The notes beneath the pieces are model-generated. The model did not search any database, was not told where the DNA came from, and saw nothing but the letters and a program-made list of their open reading frames with translations. The translations under genes and the position numbers were made by a program. A DNA stretch of 56,903 nt, taken from the IMG/VR virus record IMGVR_UViG_3300035670_000254, positions 1 through 56,903 of that record. One strand, given 5' to 3'. This document shows, piece after piece, positions 1 to 9,610 of this stretch. Within the stretch, counting starts at the first letter, position 1, and each line of letters begins with the position of its first letter. This stretch comes from a virus. Its lineage: Duplodnaviria > Caudoviricetes.

Positions 1-127
1 AAGCGTAATGAATCTAATACTACGCGAGATTAAGGAACTATGGGAAAGGCCACGTTTGCTGATGCAATATGTGGTCTTAAACTTTTTCTTGGTTTCAGTT
101 GGTGTCGCCGCTGTTGTCTATGTCAAA
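1..127. repeat. Terminal direct repeat (identical to 56777-56903); probably an assembly circularisation overlap
   Basis: AAGCGTAATGAATC...GTCTATGTCAAA occurs at both ends; length 127 equals a common assembler k-mer. Confidence 0.9.
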
Positions 128-319
128 AAGGAGTTAGCAGTTCAACACACGATAAAGCAGAGCGAGCAGATACTAAAAGTAGGAGAAAAGCTTGAAAAGG
201 TTGATTTGCCACCTTCCGTTGAGAAAGACGTGAGGAAACTTCAGAAAAACGCCGAAAAGACGTTGGAGCAAGGTAATTCAACTTCTACCCCGCCAGAAAA
301 TCAAAGTTCTAAAAAGTAG
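8..319 (+). CDS. Single-TM membrane protein directly after the holin (possible lysis accessory/antiholin)
   Basis: Hydrophobic YVVLNFFLVSVGVAAVVYV segment; start overlaps the holin 3' end across the circular junction. Confidence 0.55.
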   Translation: MNLILREIKELWERPRLLMQYVVLNFFLVSVGVAAVVYVKKELAVQHTIKQSEQILKVGEKLEKVDLPPSVEKDVRKLQKNAEKTLEQGNSTSTPPENQSSKK

Positions 320-346
320 TAAAGGACGAGCTACTTCAGCAACCTC

Positions 347-375
347 TTGCGTTTAGCTCATACCGCCGTTATAGT
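347..375 (+). promoter_or_regulatory. Sigma70-type promoter for terminase genes
   Basis: TTGCGT-17 bp-TATAGT upstream of GGGAGG SD. Confidence 0.55.
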
Positions 376-398
376 TCAGGGAAACTACGGGAGGCGGT

Positions 399-971
399 AT
401 GAGCGACGCATCAAATATAAATCCTGACTGGACAGCCTACATGGAGTATTCGCGAACTCTGTCGCAAGCCGAAATGGCTATACGCGAGCAGGTGGTTCGT
501 GAGTATCTTTATGACTACAACTGGACTAATGCCTGCCTTCGTTGCGGTTTCCGTCCGGAGTTCGCTGAAGATAACGCCAGGCGTTTTGCACAAGACCCTT
601 ATTGCATTTGGCGTGTTAAAGAACTGGCCCGCGAGAAAGGTCTTAACCCTAATCCAGAACAACGTCAACAGCAAGTTGACACCGACAAAATTGACATCCT
701 TAATGCGCTACGCAAAGAGGCGCATTATTACGGCCCTGGCAGTTCCGCCGCAGCGCGCGTTAGTGCCCTGGGGAAACTGGCGCAGCTACTTGGCATGGAA
801 CCGCCGAAGCAGTCTAAAACGGAAACTAAGGTTCAGGGTGTTATGGTTGTTCCTGGTATAGCTGACACAAACTCTTGGGAAGCTATTGCTGAAGCAGAGC
901 AGGCCAAACTTCAGAGCGAGACAATGGACGCGATCACCCGAGGAATTTCAAATGATGGTGTCGTTCACTAA
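399..971 (+). CDS. terS: Terminase small subunit
   Basis: EYLYDYNWTNACLRCGF HTH-like motif, ARVSALGKLAQLLGM motif, position before TerL. Confidence 0.75.
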   Translation: MSDASNINPDWTAYMEYSRTLSQAEMAIREQVVREYLYDYNWTNACLRCGFRPEFAEDNARRFAQDPYCIWRVKELAREKGLNPNPEQRQQQVDTDKIDILNALRKEAHYYGPGSSAAARVSALGKLAQLLGMEPPKQSKTETKVQGVMVVPGIADTNSWEAIAEAEQAKLQSETMDAITRGISNDGVVH

Positions 972-2505
972 AAACGAAATTAAAGCACCTGAAAGAAAAG
1001 TAGTCTGGCGCCCCCACCCGGGATCGCAAACGTTAGCGCTTTCTTGTCCTGCTGATATTATTGTTTATCACGGAACACGTGGACCAGGTAAAACAGATGC
1101 CCAGCTCATGCGCTTTCGCCAGCGCGTGGGCTTGGGCTATGGCAAATATTGGAAAGGCATCATATTCGACCGTGAATATAAAAACCTTGATGACCTTGTA
1201 ACCAAATCCCAACGCTGGTTTCCTGAGTTCTATGACGGGGCGAAGTTCTTATCTTCAAAATCAGATTACAAGTGGGTATGGCCCACAGGTGAAGAGCTTC
1301 TGTTTCGTGTTGCAGCAAAGCCTGAAGACTATTGGTCATATCACGGTCACGAATATCCGTTCATTGGCTGGAACGAATTAACCAAATACCCGAACTCGCT
1401 GGTGTTTGATGCGATGATGTCTTGTAACCGCTCATCGTTCCTTCCTACTGATCACCCACAAAGAGATGATACCGGTAATGTCTTTTACTTGCCGAATATA
1501 CCTCTTGAAGTATTTGCTACTACCAACCCGTTTGGCGTAGGGCATAATTGGGTCAAAAAACGCTTTATTGATGTTGCTCCGATGGGTCGAATTGTCAAAA
1601 AGGATATCCAGGTATTTGACCCACGTACACAGAAAGATATTGTGGTCACAACTACACAGTGTCATATCTACGGGTCTTATCGTGAAAACAAAAATCTCGA
1701 CCCGAAATATATTGCTAAGTTGATGGAAGAAACTGACCCTAACAAAAGAGCTGCGTGGCTTGGTGGTTCTTGGGATATCACTTCCGGCGGTATGTTCGAT
1801 GACTTGTGGAGTTCGCGGCATCATATTGTTCAACCCTTTAACATTCCACATACCTGGAAGATTACACGTTCATTTGACTGGGGTTCATCCAAACCGTTTT
1901 CAGTGGGCTGGTGGGCTATTAGCGACGGCACTAGCTACGTGGACGCGCAAGGGCGCACCCGTAACACAATACGCGGCGATCTTTTCCGCATAGCGGAGTG
2001 GTACGGCACGAACGGAAAACCTAATGAAGGTTTACGTATGCTTGATAAAGCGATAGCCACAGGTATCGTGTTACGTGAATTAAATTTAGGCATTCGTGAT
2101 CGGGTTGTTCCTGGCCCGGCTGATAACAGTATTTGGGATTTGGAAAACGGAAACTCAATTGCCGCTAAGATGGCTGAGAAGATTGTAATTAATGGCGTGA
2201 CGCATAAAGGGGTATCTTGGAAGCGCTCTGACAAAACTCCAGGTTCTCGTAAACGAGGCTGGCAAAAGATGCGTGAATTTTTTGCCGGAAGCGTACCTGA
2301 TGCTGGCGTTCCTCGTGAAAACCCAGGTATATTTGTTTTTGATACTTGTAAATATTTTATCGACCTTGTACCGAGCTTACCTCGTGATGAAGTAGACCAG
2401 GACGATGTCGATACTGAATCCGAAGACCACCTTGGTGACGAAGTACGTTACTTGGTACTTGATCAAGCCGTCTACAGTGGCGTTAAAGCGACTAAAGGTA
2501 CATAA
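952..2505 (+). CDS. terL: Terminase large subunit (ATG at 952 preferred)
   Basis: Walker A GTRGPGKT, ATTNPFG, nuclease FDWG and EDHLGDEVRY motifs. Confidence 0.92.
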   Translation: MMVSFTKNEIKAPERKVVWRPHPGSQTLALSCPADIIVYHGTRGPGKTDAQLMRFRQRVGLGYGKYWKGIIFDREYKNLDDLVTKSQRWFPEFYDGAKFLSSKSDYKWVWPTGEELLFRVAAKPEDYWSYHGHEYPFIGWNELTKYPNSLVFDAMMSCNRSSFLPTDHPQRDDTGNVFYLPNIPLEVFATTNPFGVGHNWVKKRFIDVAPMGRIVKKDIQVFDPRTQKDIVVTTTQCHIYGSYRENKNLDPKYIAKLMEETDPNKRAAWLGGSWDITSGGMFDDLWSSRHHIVQPFNIPHTWKITRSFDWGSSKPFSVGWWAISDGTSYVDAQGRTRNTIRGDLFRIAEWYGTNGKPNEGLRMLDKAIATGIVLRELNLGIRDRVVPGPADNSIWDLENGNSIAAKMAEKIVINGVTHKGVSWKRSDKTPGSRKRGWQKMREFFAGSVPDAGVPRENPGIFVFDTCKYFIDLVPSLPRDEVDQDDVDTESEDHLGDEVRYLVLDQAVYSGVKATKGT

Positions 2506-2506
2506 A

Positions 2507-4045
2507 ATGTCAATTGAGTCAACGCATCCTCTATTTGATAAGTTTCTTCCTGTGTGGGAGAAACTTGAAGATGTTTACGAAGGTCAGGAAAAAATTAAGG
2601 AAGAAGGCCCGAAGTATTTGCCTCACCTTCCCTCAATGATTTTGGACGGTATTAAGTCAGAAAATGATCTGGGCTATCAGCGCTATAAACAGTATCTGCT
2701 TCGCGCTAACTTCCCGGACGACTATTCTGAAGCTGTTCGAAACAATCACGGTCTGCTGTGGAGTAAACCGCCGACGATTCAATTGCCTGCGGGTATGGAA
2801 TACATGATGGAGAAAGCTACGCGCGACGGTCAGTCTTTGCCCGCGCTGCTTTCCCTCGTGAACGAAATGCAACTTCGCAACGGTCGCGTTGGTCTGCTGC
2901 TGGATATGAGTTCTTCTCCTAGCGTTGATAACAAACCTTTTATCAGCGTCTACTATGCCAAGAATATCCGAAATTGGGATAAGTCAGACGGCGGTGATCA
3001 GGTTGAACGTGATTCGTTGAATTTGGTTGTTCTTGACGAATCGAAAGACGTCCGTAACGGCGATTTTGATTGGACCTTTGAAAAACGTTTCCGCGTACTT
3101 CAGCTGGGCTCTTTAGGTAACGAAGATGCCGAAGGTGAAGATGGTGTTGTTTATAAGCAAGGTCTTTTCGTTGAAGATGCTTATAGCGAAGAGAATATGC
3201 TGACACCTGTTTATCGTGGGAAATCGTTGGAAGAAATACCGTTCATTGCTATTAATGCATCAGACTGTATGATCGACCCTGACGTGCCTCCGCTTCTGGG
3301 CTTAGCTAATCTTTGCTTGTCAATGTACATTAGTGACGCTGACTATCGCCAACACCTGTACTTACAAGGTCAAGATACTTTAGTACGTATTGGGGCCTCA
3401 GGCGCAGGAACCGAAGACGGCGAAGCCCCGGCGCGTGTTGGTGCGGGCGCAGTGATGGACGTTGCTCTGGGCGGTGACGTTAAATACGTTGGTGTTGAAT
3501 CACGAGGCCTGGAAGAAGAACGTTTAGCCTTGCAGAACGACAAAGCTGAAGCGCAGCTTAAAGCTGGTCAGATGGTTAACAACACCAAAGGTAGTCAGGA
3601 GTCAGGGGAAGCCCTCCGGACCCGCATCGGCGCGCGCACTGCAAGCCTTGTACAGATCGCGAAAACCGGGGCCAACGGCTTAGAGATGCTTCTTAAGATC
3701 TGTGCTAAGTGGATGGGCGAAGACCCGGAAAAAGTTCGCATCATCCCGAATCTGGACTTTTCGAAAGCTCTGTTTAGCGGTCAGAACTTGGTTCAGACGA
3801 TGGCCGCGCGTAAACTCGGCGCACCTGTTTCGCTTCAAACTATCCATAAGTATCTGGTAGATCAGTCGTTAACCGATCTTACCTTCGAAGAAGAAATGAC
3901 TCTGATGAAGGAAGAATTTGACAAATATCCGTTCTTAATGGAAATGATGCAAGCCGGGGCCGCTGACCAAAATCCTCAGCAGCAAGCACAGAAGTCTGAT
4001 GTAAGTTCAACGGGCGTTCCGCAAGGAAAACAGTCTGGACAATAA
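2507..4045 (+). CDS. Portal protein (DUF4055-like)
   Basis: Follows TerL; YLP...YKQYLLRANF, PPLLGLANL, ESGEALRTR motifs. Confidence 0.85.
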   Translation: MSIESTHPLFDKFLPVWEKLEDVYEGQEKIKEEGPKYLPHLPSMILDGIKSENDLGYQRYKQYLLRANFPDDYSEAVRNNHGLLWSKPPTIQLPAGMEYMMEKATRDGQSLPALLSLVNEMQLRNGRVGLLLDMSSSPSVDNKPFISVYYAKNIRNWDKSDGGDQVERDSLNLVVLDESKDVRNGDFDWTFEKRFRVLQLGSLGNEDAEGEDGVVYKQGLFVEDAYSEENMLTPVYRGKSLEEIPFIAINASDCMIDPDVPPLLGLANLCLSMYISDADYRQHLYLQGQDTLVRIGASGAGTEDGEAPARVGAGAVMDVALGGDVKYVGVESRGLEEERLALQNDKAEAQLKAGQMVNNTKGSQESGEALRTRIGARTASLVQIAKTGANGLEMLLKICAKWMGEDPEKVRIIPNLDFSKALFSGQNLVQTMAARKLGAPVSLQTIHKYLVDQSLTDLTFEEEMTLMKEEFDKYPFLMEMMQAGAADQNPQQQAQKSDVSSTGVPQGKQSGQ

Positions 4046-4119
4046 AACCCCTGGTATAATATAGTGACTAGCGCCCAATGTCGGGCGCTTCTAATTGTTG
4101 CATGGCAACAGGAGAAAAC

Positions 4120-4995
4120 ATGAAACGCAATCTTATGACCGTCGGTATCCTCAAAGCTCTTATCCCGGTCCGTCCTGGTGACGGTACGCCTGAGCTGGAA
4201 CTGAGCTATGAAAGCCAGGATGATATCCCCGCAGGCTTCGAATCGCTGTATACCGAAAAAGATGGCAAGTTTACGCTCACTCGCGTAAAAGGCCTCAAAA
4301 CCACAGCCGACATCGAACGCCTCCAGACGGCTCTGAACAAAGAGCGTTCTGATCATAAAACTGTGAAGCAGCAACTCGCCGCTCTCGCATCCCACGGCAC
4401 CGTCGAGGATATCGTTGCACAGCTGGAGCGTATCCCCGAGCTCGAGGCTAAGCAGGGGAAAGGCGACCCGGCGGACGTTGAAAAACTGATTAGCGCGCGC
4501 TTAACGCCGCTCCAGCGCAAACTGGACGAAGCTACCAATCAGTTGAAAGAGCGCGATCAGGTGATCGAAAGCTTCAAAGGTAAAGAAGTGAAGGCGACGG
4601 TTGCTGACGCTGTACGTAAGGCCGCTAAATCCCTCAAAATTCGCGACAGCGCAATCGAAGATGCGATTATGTACGGTGAGCGCGTGCTGACGATCGATGA
4701 ATCCGGTAATGTGGTCACGAAAGAAGGTGTCGGTGTAACCCCTTACATCACTGCCGATGACTGGCTGCGCGACCTTCTCCCGAACCGTCAACACTGGCTG
4801 GAAGATTCTTTTGGCGGTGGTGCGCAGGGCGGTAAAGGCGGCAACGGTGCAACTGTTAACCCGTATTCTTACGAAGACTGGTCTGTCAGCAAACAGATGG
4901 AACTGTATCGCGCGAATCCGGAAAAAGCCAAAAAGATGGCAGCACGCCACGGCGTCGATCCGCTGAATCCGAAACGCCCCGCTAAAAAATCCTAA
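4120..4995 (+). CDS. Capsid scaffolding protein
   Basis: Coiled-coil, GGGAQGG linker and NPYS C-terminus; between portal and MCP; AGGAG SD before 4120. Confidence 0.75.
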   Translation: MKRNLMTVGILKALIPVRPGDGTPELELSYESQDDIPAGFESLYTEKDGKFTLTRVKGLKTTADIERLQTALNKERSDHKTVKQQLAALASHGTVEDIVAQLERIPELEAKQGKGDPADVEKLISARLTPLQRKLDEATNQLKERDQVIESFKGKEVKATVADAVRKAAKSLKIRDSAIEDAIMYGERVLTIDESGNVVTKEGVGVTPYITADDWLRDLLPNRQHWLEDSFGGGAQGGKGGNGATVNPYSYEDWSVSKQMELYRANPEKAKKMAARHGVDPLNPKRPAKKS

Positions 4996-5002
4996 AATGA
5001 TA

Positions 5003-5031
5003 TTGACCATGCTTTTTGAATACGCTAACTT
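5003..5031 (+). promoter_or_regulatory. Possible sigma70 promoter for the capsid gene
   Basis: TTGACC-17 bp-TAACTT. Confidence 0.4.
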
Positions 5032-5120
5032 TTGCCTCATGAAGCATGGTCTTCACTCATTTTAGGCCTTCCATGGGGAAAGGCTGATAAAAACACAACC
5101 TTTCCTTCATGGAGAAGAAT

Positions 5121-6191
5121 ATGTCACGCATTATCAGTCTCGCAGGTATGCGCCCCATCCGTCTGGGTGCCACCGACTTAACTCGCATTGCCGACGTTGT
5201 TGTTCCGGAAATCTTCGCTGGTTACGTTCAGACTCTTACCGCAGAAAAATCCCGTCTGATTCAATCAGGTGCGCTGGTTACTTCTGAAGTGCTGAGCAAT
5301 AACCTGAACGGCGGCGGTCTGACCTTCAACGAACCGTTCTATCACGATCTGCTTTCTACCGACGGTGACCACTCCGAAAACATCTCGACCGATAAAGGTC
5401 CTGATGCGATTCCGGACAACATCACGACCGGTACCGAAATCCAGATTCGTATGTCGCGTAACAAATCCTGGGGTTCAGCTGACCTGACTGCTGCTCTGGC
5501 GGGTAACGACCCGATGGATGCAATCGCTCGTCGTGTAGCTGACTGGCGCGAACGCCGCCTGCAAGCTGCCTGGCTGGCAACCATGAAAGGTGTTTTCGCA
5601 ACCAACGATGCCGCGCCTGCTGGCGGTTCCACTCACGTTGCAAAAGACCTGACGCTGGATATCTCCGGCAACACTGGCGCAGCGGCGAAGTTCAGCTCTT
5701 CTGCTTTCATTTCTGCAACCGGCCTGATGGGCGACAGCATGGGCCAGCTGACTATGGTTATGATGCACTCTATCGTATACCAGCAGCTTCAGCGCCTGAA
5801 CCTCATCGACTTCATTCCGGACGCCCGCGGTGAAGTTAACATCGCGTACTACATGGGCCGCGAAGTTATCGTCGATGACGGTATGCCGAACTCTGGCGGT
5901 GTGTTCCATACCTACCTGGTAGGTGCTGGCGCAACTGCTTTCGGTTCTGGTTCTCCGAAAGTTCCGGTTGAAATTGAACGTAAAGCAGCGGCCAACAACG
6001 GCGCTGGTGAAGAAGTTCTCCACAACCGTTGGGAGTGGATTATTCACCCGGTCGGTCACGCCTGGAAAGGCACTGCCGCTTCTAAAGGTGGCCCGAGCAA
6101 CGCCGAACTGGCTGTAACTGGCTCCTTCAACCGTGTATTCCGCGAACGTAAACAGATTCGCATCGCGCGTCTGATTACCAAAGAACTGTAA
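5121..6191 (+). CDS. Major capsid protein (HK97 fold)
   Basis: TRIADVVVPEIF start motif, GxDPMxAIA, MMHSxVY, GREVIVDDGMP; highly biased codons; GGAG SD before 5121. Confidence 0.9.
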   Translation: MSRIISLAGMRPIRLGATDLTRIADVVVPEIFAGYVQTLTAEKSRLIQSGALVTSEVLSNNLNGGGLTFNEPFYHDLLSTDGDHSENISTDKGPDAIPDNITTGTEIQIRMSRNKSWGSADLTAALAGNDPMDAIARRVADWRERRLQAAWLATMKGVFATNDAAPAGGSTHVAKDLTLDISGNTGAAAKFSSSAFISATGLMGDSMGQLTMVMMHSIVYQQLQRLNLIDFIPDARGEVNIAYYMGREVIVDDGMPNSGGVFHTYLVGAGATAFGSGSPKVPVEIERKAAANNGAGEEVLHNRWEWIIHPVGHAWKGTAASKGGPSNAELAVTGSFNRVFRERKQIRIARLITKEL

Positions 6192-6209
6192 TACATTCGG
6201 TTAACTAAG

Positions 6210-6233
6210 AAGGCGACTTAGGTCGCCTTTTTT
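6210..6233 (+). terminator. Rho-independent terminator after MCP
   Basis: AAGGCGAC-TTAG-GTCGCCTT followed by T-run. Confidence 0.85.
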
Positions 6234-6246
6234 AGGAGGGTAGAAA

Positions 6247-6426
6247 ATGCGTTACGCACGACATATCAGAAAGCGCGATTACATGCGCTATGAGCGTCAT
6301 GGCAGCGCAGTCAAAGACTGGCTCGACTCTCAGAATCCTACCACGCCAACGGTTCCTGAAAACACTGTTACCACAGGTGGCGAGCCGTTAACTATGAACG
6401 GTGAATATGTCACGATGGGAGGTTAA
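6247..6426 (+). CDS. 59-aa small virion protein (not in the ORF track)
   Basis: GGAGG SD; MRYARHIRKRDYMRYERHGSAVKDWLDSQNPTTPTVPENTVTTGGEPLTMNGEYVTMGG; stop is 2 nt before the next ATG. Confidence 0.7.
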   Translation: MRYARHIRKRDYMRYERHGSAVKDWLDSQNPTTPTVPENTVTTGGEPLTMNGEYVTMGG

Positions 6427-6428
6427 AA

Positions 6429-7502
6429 ATGGATTTAAGTCAAGCATTACGTTTTCAGAACGTTCCTCGCGCGCAAGAGCTGGCTAAGCTGGCAATGACA
6501 GCTATGCCGACCGTCACCCAGGCGCAGCAAACTACCACTACGATCACCGGTGGTGTTATGTCTGGTCGCGGTACGGGCAAATTTCGCTATACCTGCCCGA
6601 TGCCTGGTAACTGGAACAGCTCATTCTACGTTCCTGGCGCGGGTAATAGCGGTTCTCCTGACCTTGCTGCGCTGATGAAAGTCGACTTCGATACGGATGC
6701 ACGTTACGTCGAGCTGTACACCCTGAACTACAACACTAACCTTGACATTCGCGTCAATGGTGTTTTAGTTCAAAACGTTGTGCTGAACGCTTCCGGCTCT
6801 GCTCAGTGTATTAAACTCGACTTCGGCGCAGGTAGCGCGGGAACCATCAAGCGCATCGAGTTCGCTGGCTTTAACTTTGGCTTCGGTGGTGTCTTTACTG
6901 AAGCTGATGCTAGCGTATGGTATCCGCTTCACGACCGCCGCCCTCTGATGTACTTCTTTGGCGACAGCTATACGCAGGGTACGGGCGCAGCAGGTCCTGA
7001 CCAGGTTGCTGCTCGCGCTTGCGCTGACGCTCTCGGTTTCCGTTGCTATCAAGATGGTATTGGTGGAACGGGCTGGACTTCAAGCGCTGGTTCGCTGCCA
7101 GTCACCCGTGTAGGTAAGCGCCTGAATCTGATGACTGAAAAGCCGAAAATCATTGTAACTCTCCTGGGCTATAATGATGCCGGCGGTAACATGGATACGC
7201 TCAAAACCAACTTCGCTGCTTGGGTTGACGCTGCTCGTGCTGCCTCTCCGGACGCTCAGATCATTGTTGTAGGCCCGTGGACTCCGCTGGGGGCCACTGA
7301 CAACCTGACAACTGTTGAAACTACGCTTCAGGGCGCAGCTTTCGAAAAAGGTTTGTTCTTCGTAAGCGCCAAAGACTTCGTCACGGCGGCCAACAAAGCA
7401 CGCTATACCGGTGCTGATAACGTTCACCCGAACCAGGCGGGTCATGATTACCTGGGCGCACGTCTTGCTAGTGCGCTGCTGGCTAACACCGTATTCAACT
7501 GA
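6429..7502 (+). CDS. SGNH/GDSL hydrolase (esterase) with N-terminal beta domain
   Basis: Blocks GDSY, GIGGTG, GYND, DNVHP. Confidence 0.85.
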   Translation: MDLSQALRFQNVPRAQELAKLAMTAMPTVTQAQQTTTTITGGVMSGRGTGKFRYTCPMPGNWNSSFYVPGAGNSGSPDLAALMKVDFDTDARYVELYTLNYNTNLDIRVNGVLVQNVVLNASGSAQCIKLDFGAGSAGTIKRIEFAGFNFGFGGVFTEADASVWYPLHDRRPLMYFFGDSYTQGTGAAGPDQVAARACADALGFRCYQDGIGGTGWTSSAGSLPVTRVGKRLNLMTEKPKIIVTLLGYNDAGGNMDTLKTNFAAWVDAARAASPDAQIIVVGPWTPLGATDNLTTVETTLQGAAFEKGLFFVSAKDFVTAANKARYTGADNVHPNQAGHDYLGARLASALLANTVFN

Positions 7503-7607
7503 TTCTGTAGTAGGTTAGAGGGGGTGTTCGTCTAGGTTTCTTTATTTAGACGAAGGTGCTACACTCATTTTCTGTAGCACCTTTCTTTTCACGCACGAGG
7601 AACGATC

Positions 7608-8399
7608 ATGAAAGAGAAGATTCTGAAAGGCTTGCAGTCTTTGGACGTCAAAGCCGATAACTACTGGAACAAAGACGGTCAGGTCAACCTGAACGCTTTT
7701 AAATTCGTCGTTGGCGAAGATGTTAGCCGCGAACAGATCGACGAAGTGGCTCCTGAGTTCAACCGTGAATCTGCCGCGTCCTACTTCGACAAAAAAGAAG
7801 AAGGCAGCAACGGCACTGAAACCAATCAGGGTTCTGCAACCGGCGAAGAGAAAAAAGCTGGTGACGAACAGGCTGGCGTAACCGATAACGCTGGTAAACT
7901 GGTTGACAACGGTGAAGAAGAACCGCTCTATGAAATCGGTAACCTGCACGCGAGCGAAGCGCCGGGCAACGAGCGCCTGACTGAGCTGGCCGAAACCAAT
8001 CCGGAACTGCACAAAGAAACCCTCGAAGCTACCTCTAATGTGGCTAAACAGGCAGACTTTGATAACAGCGCCGACGGTCAGATCAAGCGCTTGCTTGGTA
8101 TGGGCAAAGAAATCGATCTGGACAGCATCTCTGATGAAGAACTTCAGAAACTGCGTGAGCAGATTCCGGAGCGTCGTAACAGCCTGATCGAAATCCGCGA
8201 AAAATTCGTTGCAGCGGTAGAGAACGAGTTCTACACTCTCGCCCGCATCGAAGAAGCCGCTACTCGTGCGCAGCCGCAGGAAAACCTGGCTGATATGGTT
8301 AAGCGCGCGCACGACGCAAACGTCAATGGCGGGTCCACCTTTGACATCGATCGCCCGCGTCAGCGTGTTGCCCAGCCTATTCCGCCGATGAAAAAATAA
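7608..8399 (+). CDS. Acidic hypothetical protein, head region
   Basis: Good SD (GAGG), phage-like codon bias; no recognisable motif. Confidence 0.6.
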   Translation: MKEKILKGLQSLDVKADNYWNKDGQVNLNAFKFVVGEDVSREQIDEVAPEFNRESAASYFDKKEEGSNGTETNQGSATGEEKKAGDEQAGVTDNAGKLVDNGEEEPLYEIGNLHASEAPGNERLTELAETNPELHKETLEATSNVAKQADFDNSADGQIKRLLGMGKEIDLDSISDEELQKLREQIPERRNSLIEIREKFVAAVENEFYTLARIEEAATRAQPQENLADMVKRAHDANVNGGSTFDIDRPRQRVAQPIPPMKK

Positions 8400-8408
8400 G
8401 GGATTGAA

Positions 8409-8744
8409 ATGAGACACGATCGAAATTACAAGTCTTGGCTTGTACAGCAAAATAGAAAAGTTCGTCAGAACGCTTCTAGCCCGGTGATTTTTGCCATTAT
8501 GGGTAACCTTGATTCCGACGTGTCTCCGTCCCTCGTTGCACCACCTGCACTTAACATCGAGGGCGGCACTAACTATGTCGCCCTTTCATGGTCCTCGTCA
8601 GATACTACTATTCTGGATATTGATACTTCAGGCTCTAGCCCTATGCTAAGTTTGAAGGCTCCGGGCGCTGTCACTTTGTCGGCTAAATTCACAAATGAAG
8701 ACGGTTCCGAATATACCACCTCAAAACAATTCACCATTAAATAG
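8409..8744 (+). CDS. Ig-like (Big_2-type) domain virion protein
   Basis: WSSSDTTILDID...GAVTLSA pattern. Confidence 0.55.
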   Translation: MRHDRNYKSWLVQQNRKVRQNASSPVIFAIMGNLDSDVSPSLVAPPALNIEGGTNYVALSWSSSDTTILDIDTSGSSPMLSLKAPGAVTLSAKFTNEDGSEYTTSKQFTIK

Positions 8745-8752
8745 GTGGCGTC

Positions 8753-9241
8753 ATGGCTATTCAGCTAATCATTGAAGATGGCACCGGTGTAGTCGATGCC
8801 AATTCTTATATCACAGTCGCGGAGGCTAAAGCCTATGCGTCAAATCGTGGTGTTGATTTGGGCTCAGATGATGCAATCGCAGCTAACCTGGTGTTGGCTG
8901 CTGACTACATGGAAACAAAAGGCCCGTACACAGATATCCCTTACAGCCAAACGCAAGGGCTTTCCTTCCCTCGTCGAGAAAGAATTGGCTCTCCATCGCT
9001 CGGCATTCCTGCCAATATCAAGAAAGCGCAAGCACAGCTTCTTCTGGATATTAAAGAGAGCGGCGCTCTGCTTACTACGTCCCGCCAGTACGCGCTCAAA
9101 AAGCGTAAACTGGAAGGCTTAGAGCAAGAGTGGGCTGTAGGCGCTAACGCTGTTTACAAGCCCTCTGCGAAGCACGAAATGTTTGATTATTATATGCGTG
9201 CTTTTCGTCAGTACGGTAATGGAGTGTACGTGATACGATGA
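8753..9241 (+). CDS. Head-tail adaptor (DnaT-like family)
   Basis: EDGTGVVDANSYITVAEA...QGLSFPR...IPANIKKAQ motif. Confidence 0.75.
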   Translation: MAIQLIIEDGTGVVDANSYITVAEAKAYASNRGVDLGSDDAIAANLVLAADYMETKGPYTDIPYSQTQGLSFPRRERIGSPSLGIPANIKKAQAQLLLDIKESGALLTTSRQYALKKRKLEGLEQEWAVGANAVYKPSAKHEMFDYYMRAFRQYGNGVYVIR

Positions 9242-9609
9242 GCGCCTATGATGAATTTTATGAGATGGCCCGCGAGATGCTAAGTGATCCTGAAATTTGC
9301 TCACACGCAAAGCTTCTGATCAAAGGCACAGGCCCTCAAAACCCCTCAAAGCCTTGGGAACCACCAAAGGTTGAAACCACTGTACATGATGTTACGTGCT
9401 TCTACTACAAGCCAAAAAACAACATGGTTAACGGTACGGTTATTGCTACTGGACAAAAGGCGGTTCTAGTACAAACCGAGGTTTCCGAGGCTTCCTTATT
9501 GTTAGCCACATGGAAGGATAACGCAGGTAAGGAATGGCTTATCAAGACTTATGAGAAAGTCGAGCTGAACGATAAGCCAATCTACTACAAACTTTTGATA
9601 GGTACTTAA
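9238..9609 (+). CDS. Head closure/stopper protein
   Basis: Position, size, NGTVIATG motif. Confidence 0.55.
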   Translation: MSAYDEFYEMAREMLSDPEICSHAKLLIKGTGPQNPSKPWEPPKVETTVHDVTCFYYKPKNNMVNGTVIATGQKAVLVQTEVSEASLLLATWKDNAGKEWLIKTYEKVELNDKPIYYKLLIGT

Positions 9610-9610
9610 C

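Noticed and set aside
1-127. Biological direct terminal repeat
   Set aside because: Length equals a standard assembler k-mer and it cuts through coding sequence; real termini need read-level analysis
7542-8450. Long antisense ORFs (also 5475-6059, 25931-26572, 32717-33406, 36957-37745, 50132-50911)
   Set aside because: They mirror strongly codon-biased or low-complexity sense genes and lack SDs or motifs
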